From Bispira polyomma (taxonomy: Eukaryota), in the NCBI GenBank assembly GCA_965649765.1, contig OZ287757.1, forward strand, positions 52,824,001 to 52,888,000: DNA of 64,000 bases. The letters are read 5' to 3'. Numbering within the stretch: the first letter of the stretch is position 1; each line of letters opens with the position of its first letter. The notes under the pieces were generated by a model that saw nothing but the letters and a program-made list of their open reading frames with translations, ran no database searches and was not told where the DNA came from. The position numbers and the translations under genes are program-made. Positions 12,271 to 22,080 of the stretch are shown one piece after another.

Positions 12271-14593
12271 CTATATCTTTTCATTAAGTAACAGATGCTG
12301 TTCAGTCACAGGACACCACTGCACTGGCCCTACAAGGTTATGCAAACGAACATGGTTGTGGGTGGACTCCTGCCATCGTGACAGCAGGTCTGCAGTTCTG
12401 TTCTGATCACCTAATATGTGGATAACTTTAATTTCTACGTCACACTGACTGGCTAACATAAATATATTACGAGAGTACCATGCAAGGACACTGTCCCTCG
12501 TTCTGCCATTCGTGAGGACGCTGACCACTGCTTGGTTGTCACACTTTATAAGGACCTTGTGACCTTTCCAGTGGTCGCCCCATAATTTTAGAGCAACATA
12601 GATATTCAACATCTCCAAAGAAGCAATATTTTGCTGCTGCAATTGAGCAGGTATGGGTAATGTATAAACGTATTGCCCATAAATTCCCTCCCATGCCTGT
12701 GATACAAGCATCAAGTTCCACTTGATCAGTGGTAGGGTTACGGTGGAAAAAAGAGACACCATTGAATTGTTTTAGAAAAATTCGAAACCAAGTCAGATCT
12801 TTTGAAACCCTTCAGTTATCTTGAAATATTTGCTCTTGTGATTACTTCTTAGGAGGTGAAGCATTCTATTCAGGAAAAATCTTGAATATTTGACACATTT
12901 AGATATGTATAATAGAGACCTCAGTAAACACTATAGCTCCCTTTTTGTGCAGTATTTTTTACCAGCCCAATTTTCGCACATGGCTTGGATACATGGCTAG
13001 GTCGTCTATGTAGTTGGTAATATGGTGGCCTTCCGTTTGCATTATGTACCTGATACCATCTGATAAACGTTGGAAAATAGCCGAGCCATGTTTGTACCCA
13101 AAGGGCAGTGAACCGTCCACATAGTAACCGTCCCAGTGCAACCCCAGTAAGTTTAGATCCTTTGGATCCATAGTCACGTGTCTGAATGCATGGCTGATGT
13201 CCGCTTTAAAAATCAAAGAACCCTTACCCATATTAATAACTTGAGAGGTTATCATGTCAATCGACGGGTAGGTTAACATAAATTTCTTTCCCAAGTATGA
13301 ATCAGGGCAGACAGCCGCATTAACTGAATGGCCTTCGGGCCAGCTCAGATCGATGATTACTCTACGGTTGGCTGAACTTGATTTGTCCCGTGTCATGATT
13401 GGGGATGTTTGCAAATTTAAAATTGGTGGCTCCTCAAAGGGCCCATACATAGCCCCCAGCATACACTCTTCCTTCAAGTGGTGACTCACGTGAGTAGGAT
13501 GCTGTTCAGCAGAGTTATGGTTTTTAAGCTTAAACTCATGGTTTTTAAAACAGTTGAGAGGAAACCCATACTTTATTAACAGAGAAAGTTCCCAGTCCCA
13601 GTAATCCCGCAAATAACTTTCCCACACAGGGGCATTAAGTTGAGAAATGACTGGCACCTGTAAACCTCTGTAGTTGGGGCGCCCATCAAGTTGAAGACAC
13701 TCATGTAGGGTAAACACGTCCATTGGCATTACTCGGTCAGACTTATCTGTTATGGGTTTTCCCCAAAACTCAAGTGGGATAAATCCAAATTTACCAGTAT
13801 TTTGTATGTCCCATAATTTATACGTGTCACAATGTTTTGCGTCATTGAGAAGTTGCCTTTTTGTCAGCAGACTTCTGCATGGCCAAAGCATATTTGTCAT
13901 CAGAGTCATTTATGCTAGTTTGTTTATTCGTCTTTGTTAAAGTGCCAACCCTTTTCACTGTGGGAACCTTTTTACAACAGTCTGTGTCACTATCACTCAA
14001 CGCCCCCTCGTCAGGTATGGCCAGCACAGCAAATCTATTGTTAAGGTTTAATTGAAAAGGGGAACACCCATCTCTTTTGTTAGCACCCGTAGTCAGGGGA
14101 CCCTTGTAGGGGGACAATGGATTACCCACCCCAAGAGGTCTGTCAGTGGGGGGGGACCCCATTCACCCCCATACTCATTGAGTGGTTTTTGACACCTTGT
14201 TTAGTAATAATGCCACCACCTTGGTAATGGTTAACCTTTTTGTGAGCGGCTTGTTTGTTGGGAGTGAGGAATACTTTGTTTACCACTTTAGTATTACAAC
14301 CTTTGCTAAATGTACTACCCTTGACTTTCGGAGACATTTTTCTATTGTTTTTAGCCTGAAGATTGGAGGTAGATTTTCCTCCCCAATTTCGCCCAGGGAC
14401 GAATTTTTCTCCATAAGCCTAGACCCACTTCGGGTCCCTAGCAAGACGTCTTTATACGACCTAAGACTCTTGTTACGACATATATAATGGTTAAAACACA
14501 TTTTATCACACAATTTAAAATCTTTAAACTCAGAATTATATACAACCTTAGAAAACACAGGTTTTTCCACTGCAGTTTTGCAGTGGCTCACTA
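12271..14593 (-). pseudogene. pol (N-terminal low-complexity region, RT, RNase H) of the Ngaro element, frameshifted and internally deleted
   Basis: RT motifs RRVIIDLSWP, KADISHAFRH, LPFG, FQRLSD, NYIDD; RNase H motifs ELDAC-TGMGG, IASLEMLN, CDNQAVV, HILG-NRTADLLSR. Split across ORFs 14280-14591, 14143-14337, 13842-14162, 12959-13909, 12539-12721 and 12271-12762. The segment between YIDD and the TKREL..LL.LL region is much shorter than normal. Confidence 0.9.
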
Positions 14594-14600
14594 GTTTTTT
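14567..14600 (-). promoter_or_regulatory. Programmed -1 ribosomal frameshift signal (gag to pol)
   Basis: Slippery heptamer A AAA AAC (14600-14594) immediately before the gag TAG, 7-nt spacer, then hairpin ccactgca-aaac-tgcagtgg (14586-14567). The -1 frame is the open pol frame (LVSHCK...). Confidence 0.75.
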
Positions 14601-15607
14601 GACATGCCCTTTCTAGTGCACAGTTTAGTCTGGTGAGAGCCCTCACAAGTTTCGCAGCAGTGTTTAAAACACTGTCCGGAGGTTCGATGGCTTGCGTTAA
14701 ATTTACAAGTACCCTCTTGGTAGAAACGGCAATTTACCCCCGAGAGTTTTACTTGAGTTTTGTTTTTACCAGTAACTTGGGAAGCACTTGCTCCATTTGA
14801 ATTGTGAGACACATGGCGTTGAGCGTGAGCTCGACGTATACGATCAACTTTATCAGTATCCGTCCACTTGAGATGATCTTGCTCCATATTTGTCAAAAGT
14901 ATAGCATGTGAAGCCTTAGCGGCGTCCCACGAAAAATCGTGGGCATCGTCCATTAAGTTGGCTAGATACTCGAGCATGGCTTCTCTGGCCTCCACAACTT
15001 TTTGTTCTTGTACGCACTGCACAAAACCAGAAATAAACTGAACCAAGGAAAAATCATCATAAGTTGGACGTACTTTTTTGGCTCCAGACAATACAAAATT
15101 TTGTGGCCAGTCCACACTACCTTTGATAGGGGCCTCAGTACCACCTCTTTGAGATTTCAATTTACCTCCTGTAAGGTCATTTAACTGTTGTAACTGGAGC
15201 AATCTCTGATCTACTTGGGACTGCAAACTTTCGTTTGACCTTAGAAAATCTATGGAAGGCACAACTGTTTCCACGGCTGGTACAGCCACACTACTTGTAC
15301 ATACATTCGAAGCAACATTATTAATTACACCAGAGGTACTACATGCCTTATTGGCGCTGGGTTGGCACAGCGCCGCCTCAGTAACCTGTACCCGTTGGTC
15401 CATGTTCTCCATCTTTTTGTTTAATGACTGTAGTTGGAGCAGTATCTGCTCAGACACAGAATCAGAGGTCACTGTACTGGAACCAACGGGAGCTACATCC
15501 TCGGCGACGCTGTCCTCCAGATTAAAATGACATCTTTTGCCTACAGGCCGCTCGTGTTTACCCAGACACACATTACACTGATACACCTTTTTAGGTGGCA
15601 TGATCAA
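14591..15607 (-). CDS. Gag-like ORF1 of the Ngaro element (338 aa)
   Basis: Intact ORF directly after A1; N-terminal CxxC-H-C knuckle, coiled coils, KLKSQRGG, W-D helical region, C-terminal Cys/His fingers (CRFYQEGTC...H...HCCETCEGSH...C). Confidence 0.88.
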   Translation of the reverse strand: MIMPPKKVYQCNVCLGKHERPVGKRCHFNLEDSVAEDVAPVGSSTVTSDSVSEQILLQLQSLNKKMENMDQRVQVTEAALCQPSANKACSTSGVINNVASNVCTSSVAVPAVETVVPSIDFLRSNESLQSQVDQRLLQLQQLNDLTGGKLKSQRGGTEAPIKGSVDWPQNFVLSGAKKVRPTYDDFSLVQFISGFVQCVQEQKVVEAREAMLEYLANLMDDAHDFSWDAAKASHAILLTNMEQDHLKWTDTDKVDRIRRAHAQRHVSHNSNGASASQVTGKNKTQVKLSGVNCRFYQEGTCKFNASHRTSGQCFKHCCETCEGSHQTKLCTRKGMSKN

Positions 15608-15661
15608 TTATTAAAAGAAAGTAAAGAGGTTAAAACATTAAAACGGGTAGTAAAAGCCCAA

Positions 15662-15823
15662 TTGTTAAACACTCTTATGCATAACTTCTTAAAAAGTAAT
15701 GATGGCGCTGGTTGGGCGCCAAAGCCTTTTATACTTGTCCTCGTGACCCCAGGTGGCCTAATTGGCCCCCAAGTAGCCTGGCACCAGAACTGATGGGGCT
15801 GTTGCCGAGGCGTCAGCCCACCA
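15662..15823 (-). repeat. Split direct repeat A1 (162 bp, element 5' end)
   Basis: Direct repeat of 10403-10564; GC-rich terminal hairpin gggctg...cagccc. Confidence 0.95.
15698..15765 (-). promoter_or_regulatory. Pol II core promoter within repeat A (also present in A2)
   Basis: CCAAT (15765-15761), TATAAAAG (15733-15726) and initiator-like TCATT (15702-15698) at plausible spacing, upstream of the gag ATG. Confidence 0.65.
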
Positions 15824-16967
15824 TTAAACACAAGATACATTTATTGTGTAATTTTCCGTAGTTTTATAATATACCATCTAGAACAATTGTTATAAATTGA
15901 GCATATTAAAGCTTTTGATAGCCCTCAATTAGGCTAATACAAACTACATCAAATAATAAACAGTACCAGTATGTTTGATGTACAATCCATCATTGTGAGG
16001 TTATAATGTCACTAATAGTTTGTGCAGTGTGTAGTGTGCAGTGAGTCTAAAAAAACAAACAGTTATTACACACACACACTTCCATAGATCACCAACTAAC
16101 TAGGAAGTTCCTGGCTGTATATATGTACATGAAAAGAAATATTTAAAATATGTAATAGAACAAATGGTACAATACAAGAACACCACAAAACGATTAGCTT
16201 TCTGGATTAATTTCCCCCAAATAATGTGAAATGATCAAATTAAGTTCTATTATAATAGTATTTCACTCTTGTATCAGACATGTGGGAAACATACATTTAT
16301 TACTTACTAGTCAATGTAAAATCATTTTTTTTTATTTTATTTTTTTTTATTTCCCATATCTATATTTTACAATATTTTACAATATTTAGTCATAATGGAA
16401 ACAATTAACATAAAAATTTACATTCGAACACAATATTTTAAATATAAAAGTCAACTTACATTAATAATATTAGTCACATTAAACATTTACAGAACATTTT
16501 ACAATTTAGTTCCTTCTTTTATAGTGTTACACACAATTTACAAAAATTGTTTATTTTATAACAGTAATTATTACTCGTTACTATATATCTGTCATGTACC
16601 CCAATGGAAACACTGAAAAATCCATCACAGATTTTATTTGGATAACACACATTATTGTTGAAACACTGGAAGCCATCGTTGCCATAGTTTCATAATTTTT
16701 TCTTCTGTTTGGATATTTTTAGCTTCCATAGTGTGCTTAATCTATCATAACTTGTAAACAGTACATCCAAGTTGAGGGCTATACACAGTGCCTAATCTAA
16801 TCCTATCCCAATGGAAGACACTGATGAGAACTTCAAATTTATATACAGTGGACAAAAATTTAAAATTCATAAAAGAAATATTAAAGTTATGTATATACTG
16901 GGTATTGAAATAGAAATAAAATAGTCAGCTATATAACACTCCTGGAAACTTGTGATTTAAAAATAAA

Positions 16968-17598
16968 ATGAGTTTAAAAATAGGTGAAACTGTTTCGATA
17001 GTTATGTTAAATTGTCAAGGATTACGAAATAAGGATAAAAGATTTGATGTTATTAATTATCTTCAAAATACTAAAGCACATTATTTGTCACCAAGACACT
17101 CATCTTACTCACTCAGAGTTATCTAGTTTGAAAAATATTTGGAATGGAGAGGTTTATCTAAGTGGATTTAGGACAAATGCTAGAGGCGTAGCAATTTTGC
17201 TTTATAATACTTTTGAGTTTAAAGTGTCTCATTCCGAATGTGATCTAGATGGTAATATGCTACTACTTGACCTAACAATTTGTAATATAAAGACTCGTCT
17301 CCTAAATATCTATGATTCTAACACTGATATTAAAAAATTTACGTCAAAATGAGCAGGACTATTGAATTTGGTGTGGCGATTTTAACATCACATTAAATCC
17401 TGACCTAGATTGTTACAACTATGTAAATTTGAATAATCCAAGATCCAGAAATTGCTTGCTTGACCTCATTAAAGAATTTGACCTGGTTGACACATACAAA
17501 TACTTTAATCTAAACCGTACACGTTATACTTGGCGTAGATGGAATCCCATCAAACAAGTCAGACTTGATTACTTTCAAATCAACCCCTCCTTGACAGA
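16968..17598 (+). pseudogene. APE-type endonuclease (N-terminus of L1/Tx1 ORF2), frameshifted
   Basis: MSLKIGETVSIVMLNCQGLRNKDKR, IICHQDTH, ARGVAIL, LLNIY, CGDFN, DLVDTY, YTWRRWNPIKQVRLDYF; truncated before the SDH motif. Confidence 0.9.
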
Positions 17599-17936
17599 AG
17601 CTAATATTCCAAAACTAACAAATTTTACTTTTTTTTCTACATTGTTAAAGCATGAAACAAAACATGGCGTATCAATGGTACACTTTTTAACTTTCAATAT
17701 AATTGTTCAAATTTTAACTAATTGTAGTAAATTTTGTCAAGAATACTATTATAAGTTACACAACTGTATCATTCAATAAGTACATAATAGAGACGTATCT
17801 TCCAAACTTTTACCAAAATTATTTTTACCAAAAATTATTTTTGATTCTTTAAGACACTGTTTGATTTCGATCAATACCATAATTATGTAATTAATCATTT
17901 ATTTTAAGTAATACTATACTATTCTTTTGCAAAGTG

Positions 17937-18437
17937 TCAGTAGCATAAAGTTTGTCTCACCCTAGACAGAACCTGGCCTGTAATGTTTTTTCCTCTCCAC
18001 TTCTTTGGATCAAGTATAGCATTGCTGCGTAGTGAGATCCCTGTTCCCCAGAACGTGTTCGTCGGACTTGCTTCTGCCAGCTGTGTGCTTTTAGTTTGCT
18101 TCAGGAAATCGGCAAGGGCTGGATTTTGGCTGAATTTTGAGTGCATTGCTTTGAATATACATTCTTCTACTACTTGTTTCCACAAATTGGCAATTTTTTT
18201 ACAGATAGTTTTGGCGTCCACGGGAGACTTTGTCTGTAGTATTTGTTGAGTAGCCTCCTCATCTTTAAAGTTAACTGCATTCTGGTACATGAGACATTGC
18301 TCACTGCTGGAAAATTGCTGACCTTCATGATGGAAATTTAGAGTATAGTGATTGCAGAATGGAGAGTGTCGACTGTAGAAGGCAGTGATTCCATTTTGAG
18401 TAGGTGAAAAGATACGCTCTGGGTAAAGTTCGGGCAC
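17937..18437 (-). pseudogene. NADAR (YbiA-like) domain, C-terminal part of retrotransposon ORF1
   Basis: AFY..SPFCNHY, FSSSEQCLMYQ.A..F.D, IL....P..AK, W, KFSQN..L..FL..T, LAEASP..FWGTG, W.G.N..G..L..VR follow the NADAR consensus. Confidence 0.9.
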
Positions 18438-19057
18438 TCCTATTCACTTGATAGTATCTACAGTATACTCCCTGCCTCCCAGTATCAAGCTATCCACAAG
18501 GAGTTTGGGGTTCAGTTCTGAGCAAACTTCTAGGGCCTTGAAGAATGTAGGAACGATGAGTTGTCTGCAATCCAGTATCTCCTTTGGGTAATCGTCAGAG
18601 ATGTAAATTGTTTCTCCTTTAACACCCTCTTTTTGTCAATGATAGCCAATTTATCCTTGAAATTCATCAGAATTGCCCTTGATCTATTGTTGATATTTGG
18701 GCCAGCAAAATGAATTTTTTCTATATCTCTGGAGCTGATGTCTATCCCAGATTCTCCTAATCTACTTATAACTTTTGCTTCTATATCTTCATTTCTGGCA
18801 ATGTTAATTCCCCATAGTTTTAGATTGCTTCTTCTTGAATAAATCTTTTGTTTAATTATTTTCTCTTTTAAAATCCTATTCTCTACTTTCACCTCACAAA
18901 ATTCTTGATCCATTTTCTTTAAGTCAGAGTTAAGTTGTTGACGGTTATCTCCAGATCTGTGAGTTTTTGAAGTTCCTCTAAAGCATAAGTAACTGAAGCT
19001 TCTATAGTATCAAGTTTCTGTAGTTTAATGTTGATAGGGTCATTGCATTCTTCAATA
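18438..19057 (-). pseudogene. L1-type ORF1 (coiled coil, RRM, CTD), 2 frameshifts and 1 stop, continuous with NADAR
   Basis: Heptads KLQKLDTIEASVTYALEELQKL...LKKMDQEF..VKVENRILKEKI; RRM YSRRSNLKLWGI...DIEKIH...SRAILMNF; CTD IYISDDYPKEI..R..IVP..LILGGREY. Reads in the same frame through a single TGA into GVPELYPER (NADAR). Confidence 0.85.
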
Positions 19058-19488
19058 TATATTTTACACTTTCTGTATTTTATACATAGATTGGTCTCAT
19101 ATTTACTGAAAAAGCCATGATTTTATCCACAATTTACAAAACCAACCACCAGCTGTTTAAGGGGTCATCTAAAAAAAATGTGAAATAATAGTGAGGTATT
19201 AGTCATTGCTAAACTGCCATTTTAATAAGATTAATAGGGACTGGGTAAATATCAACTCGCAAATTAGGACTGTGTAAATACTTCTTGTCAATGTGTCACA
19301 TTTTCTTTCGGGTTGCAAAAATAATTTATTACAATTTATGATATACAAAAAAGGTTGTTACCAGAAAAGCATCCACCAAGGTAAGGGGGACTAAGGAGGG
19401 GGAAGGGGTTGGGGGACTAGGCCAGTCTGAACAGTTAAGTTTTCAGATGGCTTTTTGATAAAAACACAACAGTTTGCCAAGAGGGGGT

Positions 19489-19994
19489 GATAATACAGTA
19501 AACATTTTAAAACCAGAGACAATTGTCATTTGCTTTCATAAATAACAAATGATAAATGCATTAAAGTATAAAGATATCCCAGTATGCCAAGTGGGAAATA
19601 TACCATAAAAGCTGATAATACCGTAAACACTTTAAAACCAGAGAAAATTGTGATTTGCTTTTATAAATAACAAATGATAAATACATCAAACCATAAAGAT
19701 ATCCCAGTATGCCAAGTGGGAAATATACCATAAAAGCTGATAATACAGTAAACACTTTAAAACCAGAGAAAATTGTGATTTGCTTTTATAAATAACAAAT
19801 GATATGAAATACATCAAACCATAAAGATATCCCAGTATGCCAAGTGGGAAATATACCATAAAAGTTGATAATACAGTAATCACTTTAAAACCAGAGAAAA
19901 TTGTCATTTGCTTTTATAAATAACAAATGATATGAAATACATCAAACCATAAAGATATCCCAGTTTGCCAAGTGGAAAATATACCATAAAAGCT
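19489..19994. repeat. Tandem minisatellite, 4 units of 125-128 bp
   Basis: Unit gataatacagtaaac...aaaaccagagaaaattg...gatatcccagtatgccaagtgggaaatataccataaaagct repeated head to tail. Confidence 0.9.
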
Positions 19995-20629
19995 TTAAAT
20001 CCAGCCAAACAAGAAATCTCTGTCAGATTGACTTGCTATTTATTAATATACATTTTCCGCGTGCTAGTAGGAATATTTGCATTTGCCTTCACTCAAAAGA
20101 GAAGTGATTTAAAGCATAACATTTCCTCACGTTATTATATATAATCTGCATACAAATTGACACAGAATAGTAAGACAGGTACCTTTCCAGGTTGGCAGTG
20201 ATATGAAGTATTAATTAATGCACTGAAAATCAGTAATAACTGTTCTGAGACCTATTCTATAGAATTGTGACAAAAGCCGTTGAACTAAAGGTCAAATACT
20301 AATATTTCCCTATTACGGCACACTTAAACACAGTTATTTGGCTTATTTATGTAAACATGTCTGTAATAACGCATTTTTATAAAATTTGTAATAAACGTTG
20401 AATTAAATCCAATATCATTATATACCAGATTATACTCTGCCACAGTGAATTTAGATATTACAGTTAAAACGTCAACAACCATGTTGTTTTTATCCTTCAA
20501 CTCTCTTAGGATCTAAGTGTAATGCTTTCCCTTTTTGTGTTGTCCATGTTCAGTAAATTTTGTTAAGCAGAAAAATCAGTGCAATGACATCAGTTGTTAT
20601 ACTGTGCTAGAGTGTGCATGGTATAAAGG

Positions 20630-20780
20630 TCTAAAGTATCTACAAGTTTGCCTAAGTGGCTTGGATGACAACTTATAATGGAGGTCCTCCTGTCACTGAG
20701 TACTATCTCCAATGGCAAATTGAAGATCCTTAGGGACGTTGATAACTGGTCATCCTCAAGCAAGCCCCAGATTTGAAATT
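20630..20780 (+). pseudogene. Decayed fibronectin type III-like coding fragment
   Basis: VSTSL (frameshift) VAWMTTYNGGPPVTEYYLQWQ resembles the FN3 W..P..NGGSPIT.Y.L.W motif; followed by stops. Confidence 0.45.
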
Positions 20781-21822
20781 ATTGTATGTTTGTATAAGTG
20801 CGCTATAACAAAAGTCATATTTTATTTGGATTTCATGTCTCTATGCTGACAGAGCCAAACAGCTGAGACTTCACTTACTCTTGCATTTTCAAAGGCACAA
20901 TATTTTCACCAGATTTTCAAGTTTTGTTCAAAGTTTTGTTTAAATTTAGGAGTGAAGCTGTCATGCTTGCCTTTTTTGCTAAGGCTCAAGGTTGCCAGCA
21001 AGTCTAGTTGGACTTTCAAAAATAATTCAAACATGTGCACCTTTAATCCTGTTCACAGTGCAGTGAAATTCCATTCCTAACTTAATGGCCAGGTGTCTGA
21101 TGTCACGTGTTCAAAACAAAACTGTGATGCACCTGCAGCAAAAGTGACACATACCTCCACTAACACCCACTAAGGACAAAAGAAGACATAACAAACAATA
21201 ACAAATACACTACCTCACTAACAGCAACAAAAGTTCACTAAATGCTACTAATTGACACTAATGCCAAACAAGCCAGAACGATCCAACACCCCCCCCCCCC
21301 CCTCCTGCCATTGACAGGTAAGGTTCCAAAACTAATCAAGATGTATACTCCTCTGCCCCCCCCCCCCCCCCCAACAAAAACCGTCACAAACAAGAATTTG
21401 TGCACACAAATGTTTTTGAACAGTTCCAAACATTTGTGACAACGTGACTAATGCTCACGGGATATTAACAAAGAGTTCTAAAGTGCTTCTAATGTACACT
21501 AATCTAAAACAAAGTTGAAACTTACAGTTACTAATATAATCTGAAGACATTTGTGGTGTGTACGTAAACGGCTACCTGTGTAAATGAGATCTAGGTATAA
21601 AATTACGAGTATTTTCTTGATTGTTTTACTGACTTTGATCCAAGTGCTACTCATGAAAGAAAACTTCTATAGGAATCACAATACTCGCCCTCTGAAATTA
21701 TAGCTCATCACTACACATATTCATACGTATGAGGTACCTATAGTATACCTACTATGATCGCAGACTCACAGCTTAATTTTATCAGAGGGATTCATGCTGC
21801 GATAGGTTCTTAACTTGTAGGT

Positions 21823-22080
21823 TTTTGAATTTGAATTTGGATATTTAACGTCCACTCTAGTATCTTTTAGTAGGTCATATTGGGACGGGTAGTTAGAAAC
21901 GCTGGAGGAAACACTGCATACAGTCGGTCAAGGTTCTGCAGAGAAACCAGCGGCCCACAGTAAGGAACTACCACCTTTCCCACATAGGCATCGATGGGAT
22001 TCGAACTCACGCCACCCAGAGGTGAGAGACCAGTGATTGTGAAGCACAATGCTTGCTAACCACTAGGCCACTGCGGCCCC
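21823..22080 (-). mobile_element. tRNA-derived SINE, same family as 2284-2545
   Basis: Reverse-complement copy of the 2284 SINE with A/B boxes and (caaatt)n tail; TSD tcttaacttgtaggt at 21808-21822 and 22083-22097. Confidence 0.92.

Larger units (their letters stand above)
9290..15823 (-). mobile_element. Ngaro/PAT-type tyrosine-recombinase (DIRS order) retrotransposon, full-length, defective
   Basis: Split direct repeats in the order A1 - gag - RT/RNaseH - YR - B1 - A2 - 443-bp spacer - B2. No TSD; the empty site reconstructs as ttgtaatg-a-ttaaacac with one shared A. Gag, RT (YIDD), RNase H and YR (R, HxxR, H, Y) motifs are all on the minus strand. Confidence 0.95.
16325..19057 (-). mobile_element. 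Rearranged L1/Tx1-clade non-LTR retrotransposon with ORF1-NADAR
   Basis: On minus: ORF1-NADAR (19057-17937), spacer, inverted block carrying the ORF2 endonuclease (about 16790-17598, plus strand), ORF2 C-terminus (...EEKIMKLWQRWLPVFQQ*, stop 16652-16654), 3' UTR and A-rich tail with AATAAA (16325-16352). No TSD found. Confidence 0.7.

Noticed and set aside
11255-14593. Frameshifts in pol/YR explained purely as homopolymer sequencing errors
   Set aside because: Some lie in homopolymers, but the in-frame TGA in YR and the deletion after YIDD cannot be explained this way.
13752-15793. Plus-strand ORFs over the Ngaro element
   Set aside because: Antisense shadows of gag/pol with no recognisable motifs.
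16821-16880. CTGATGA as a hammerhead ribozyme core
   Set aside because: No stem II closed by GAAA and no compatible stems I/III could be built.
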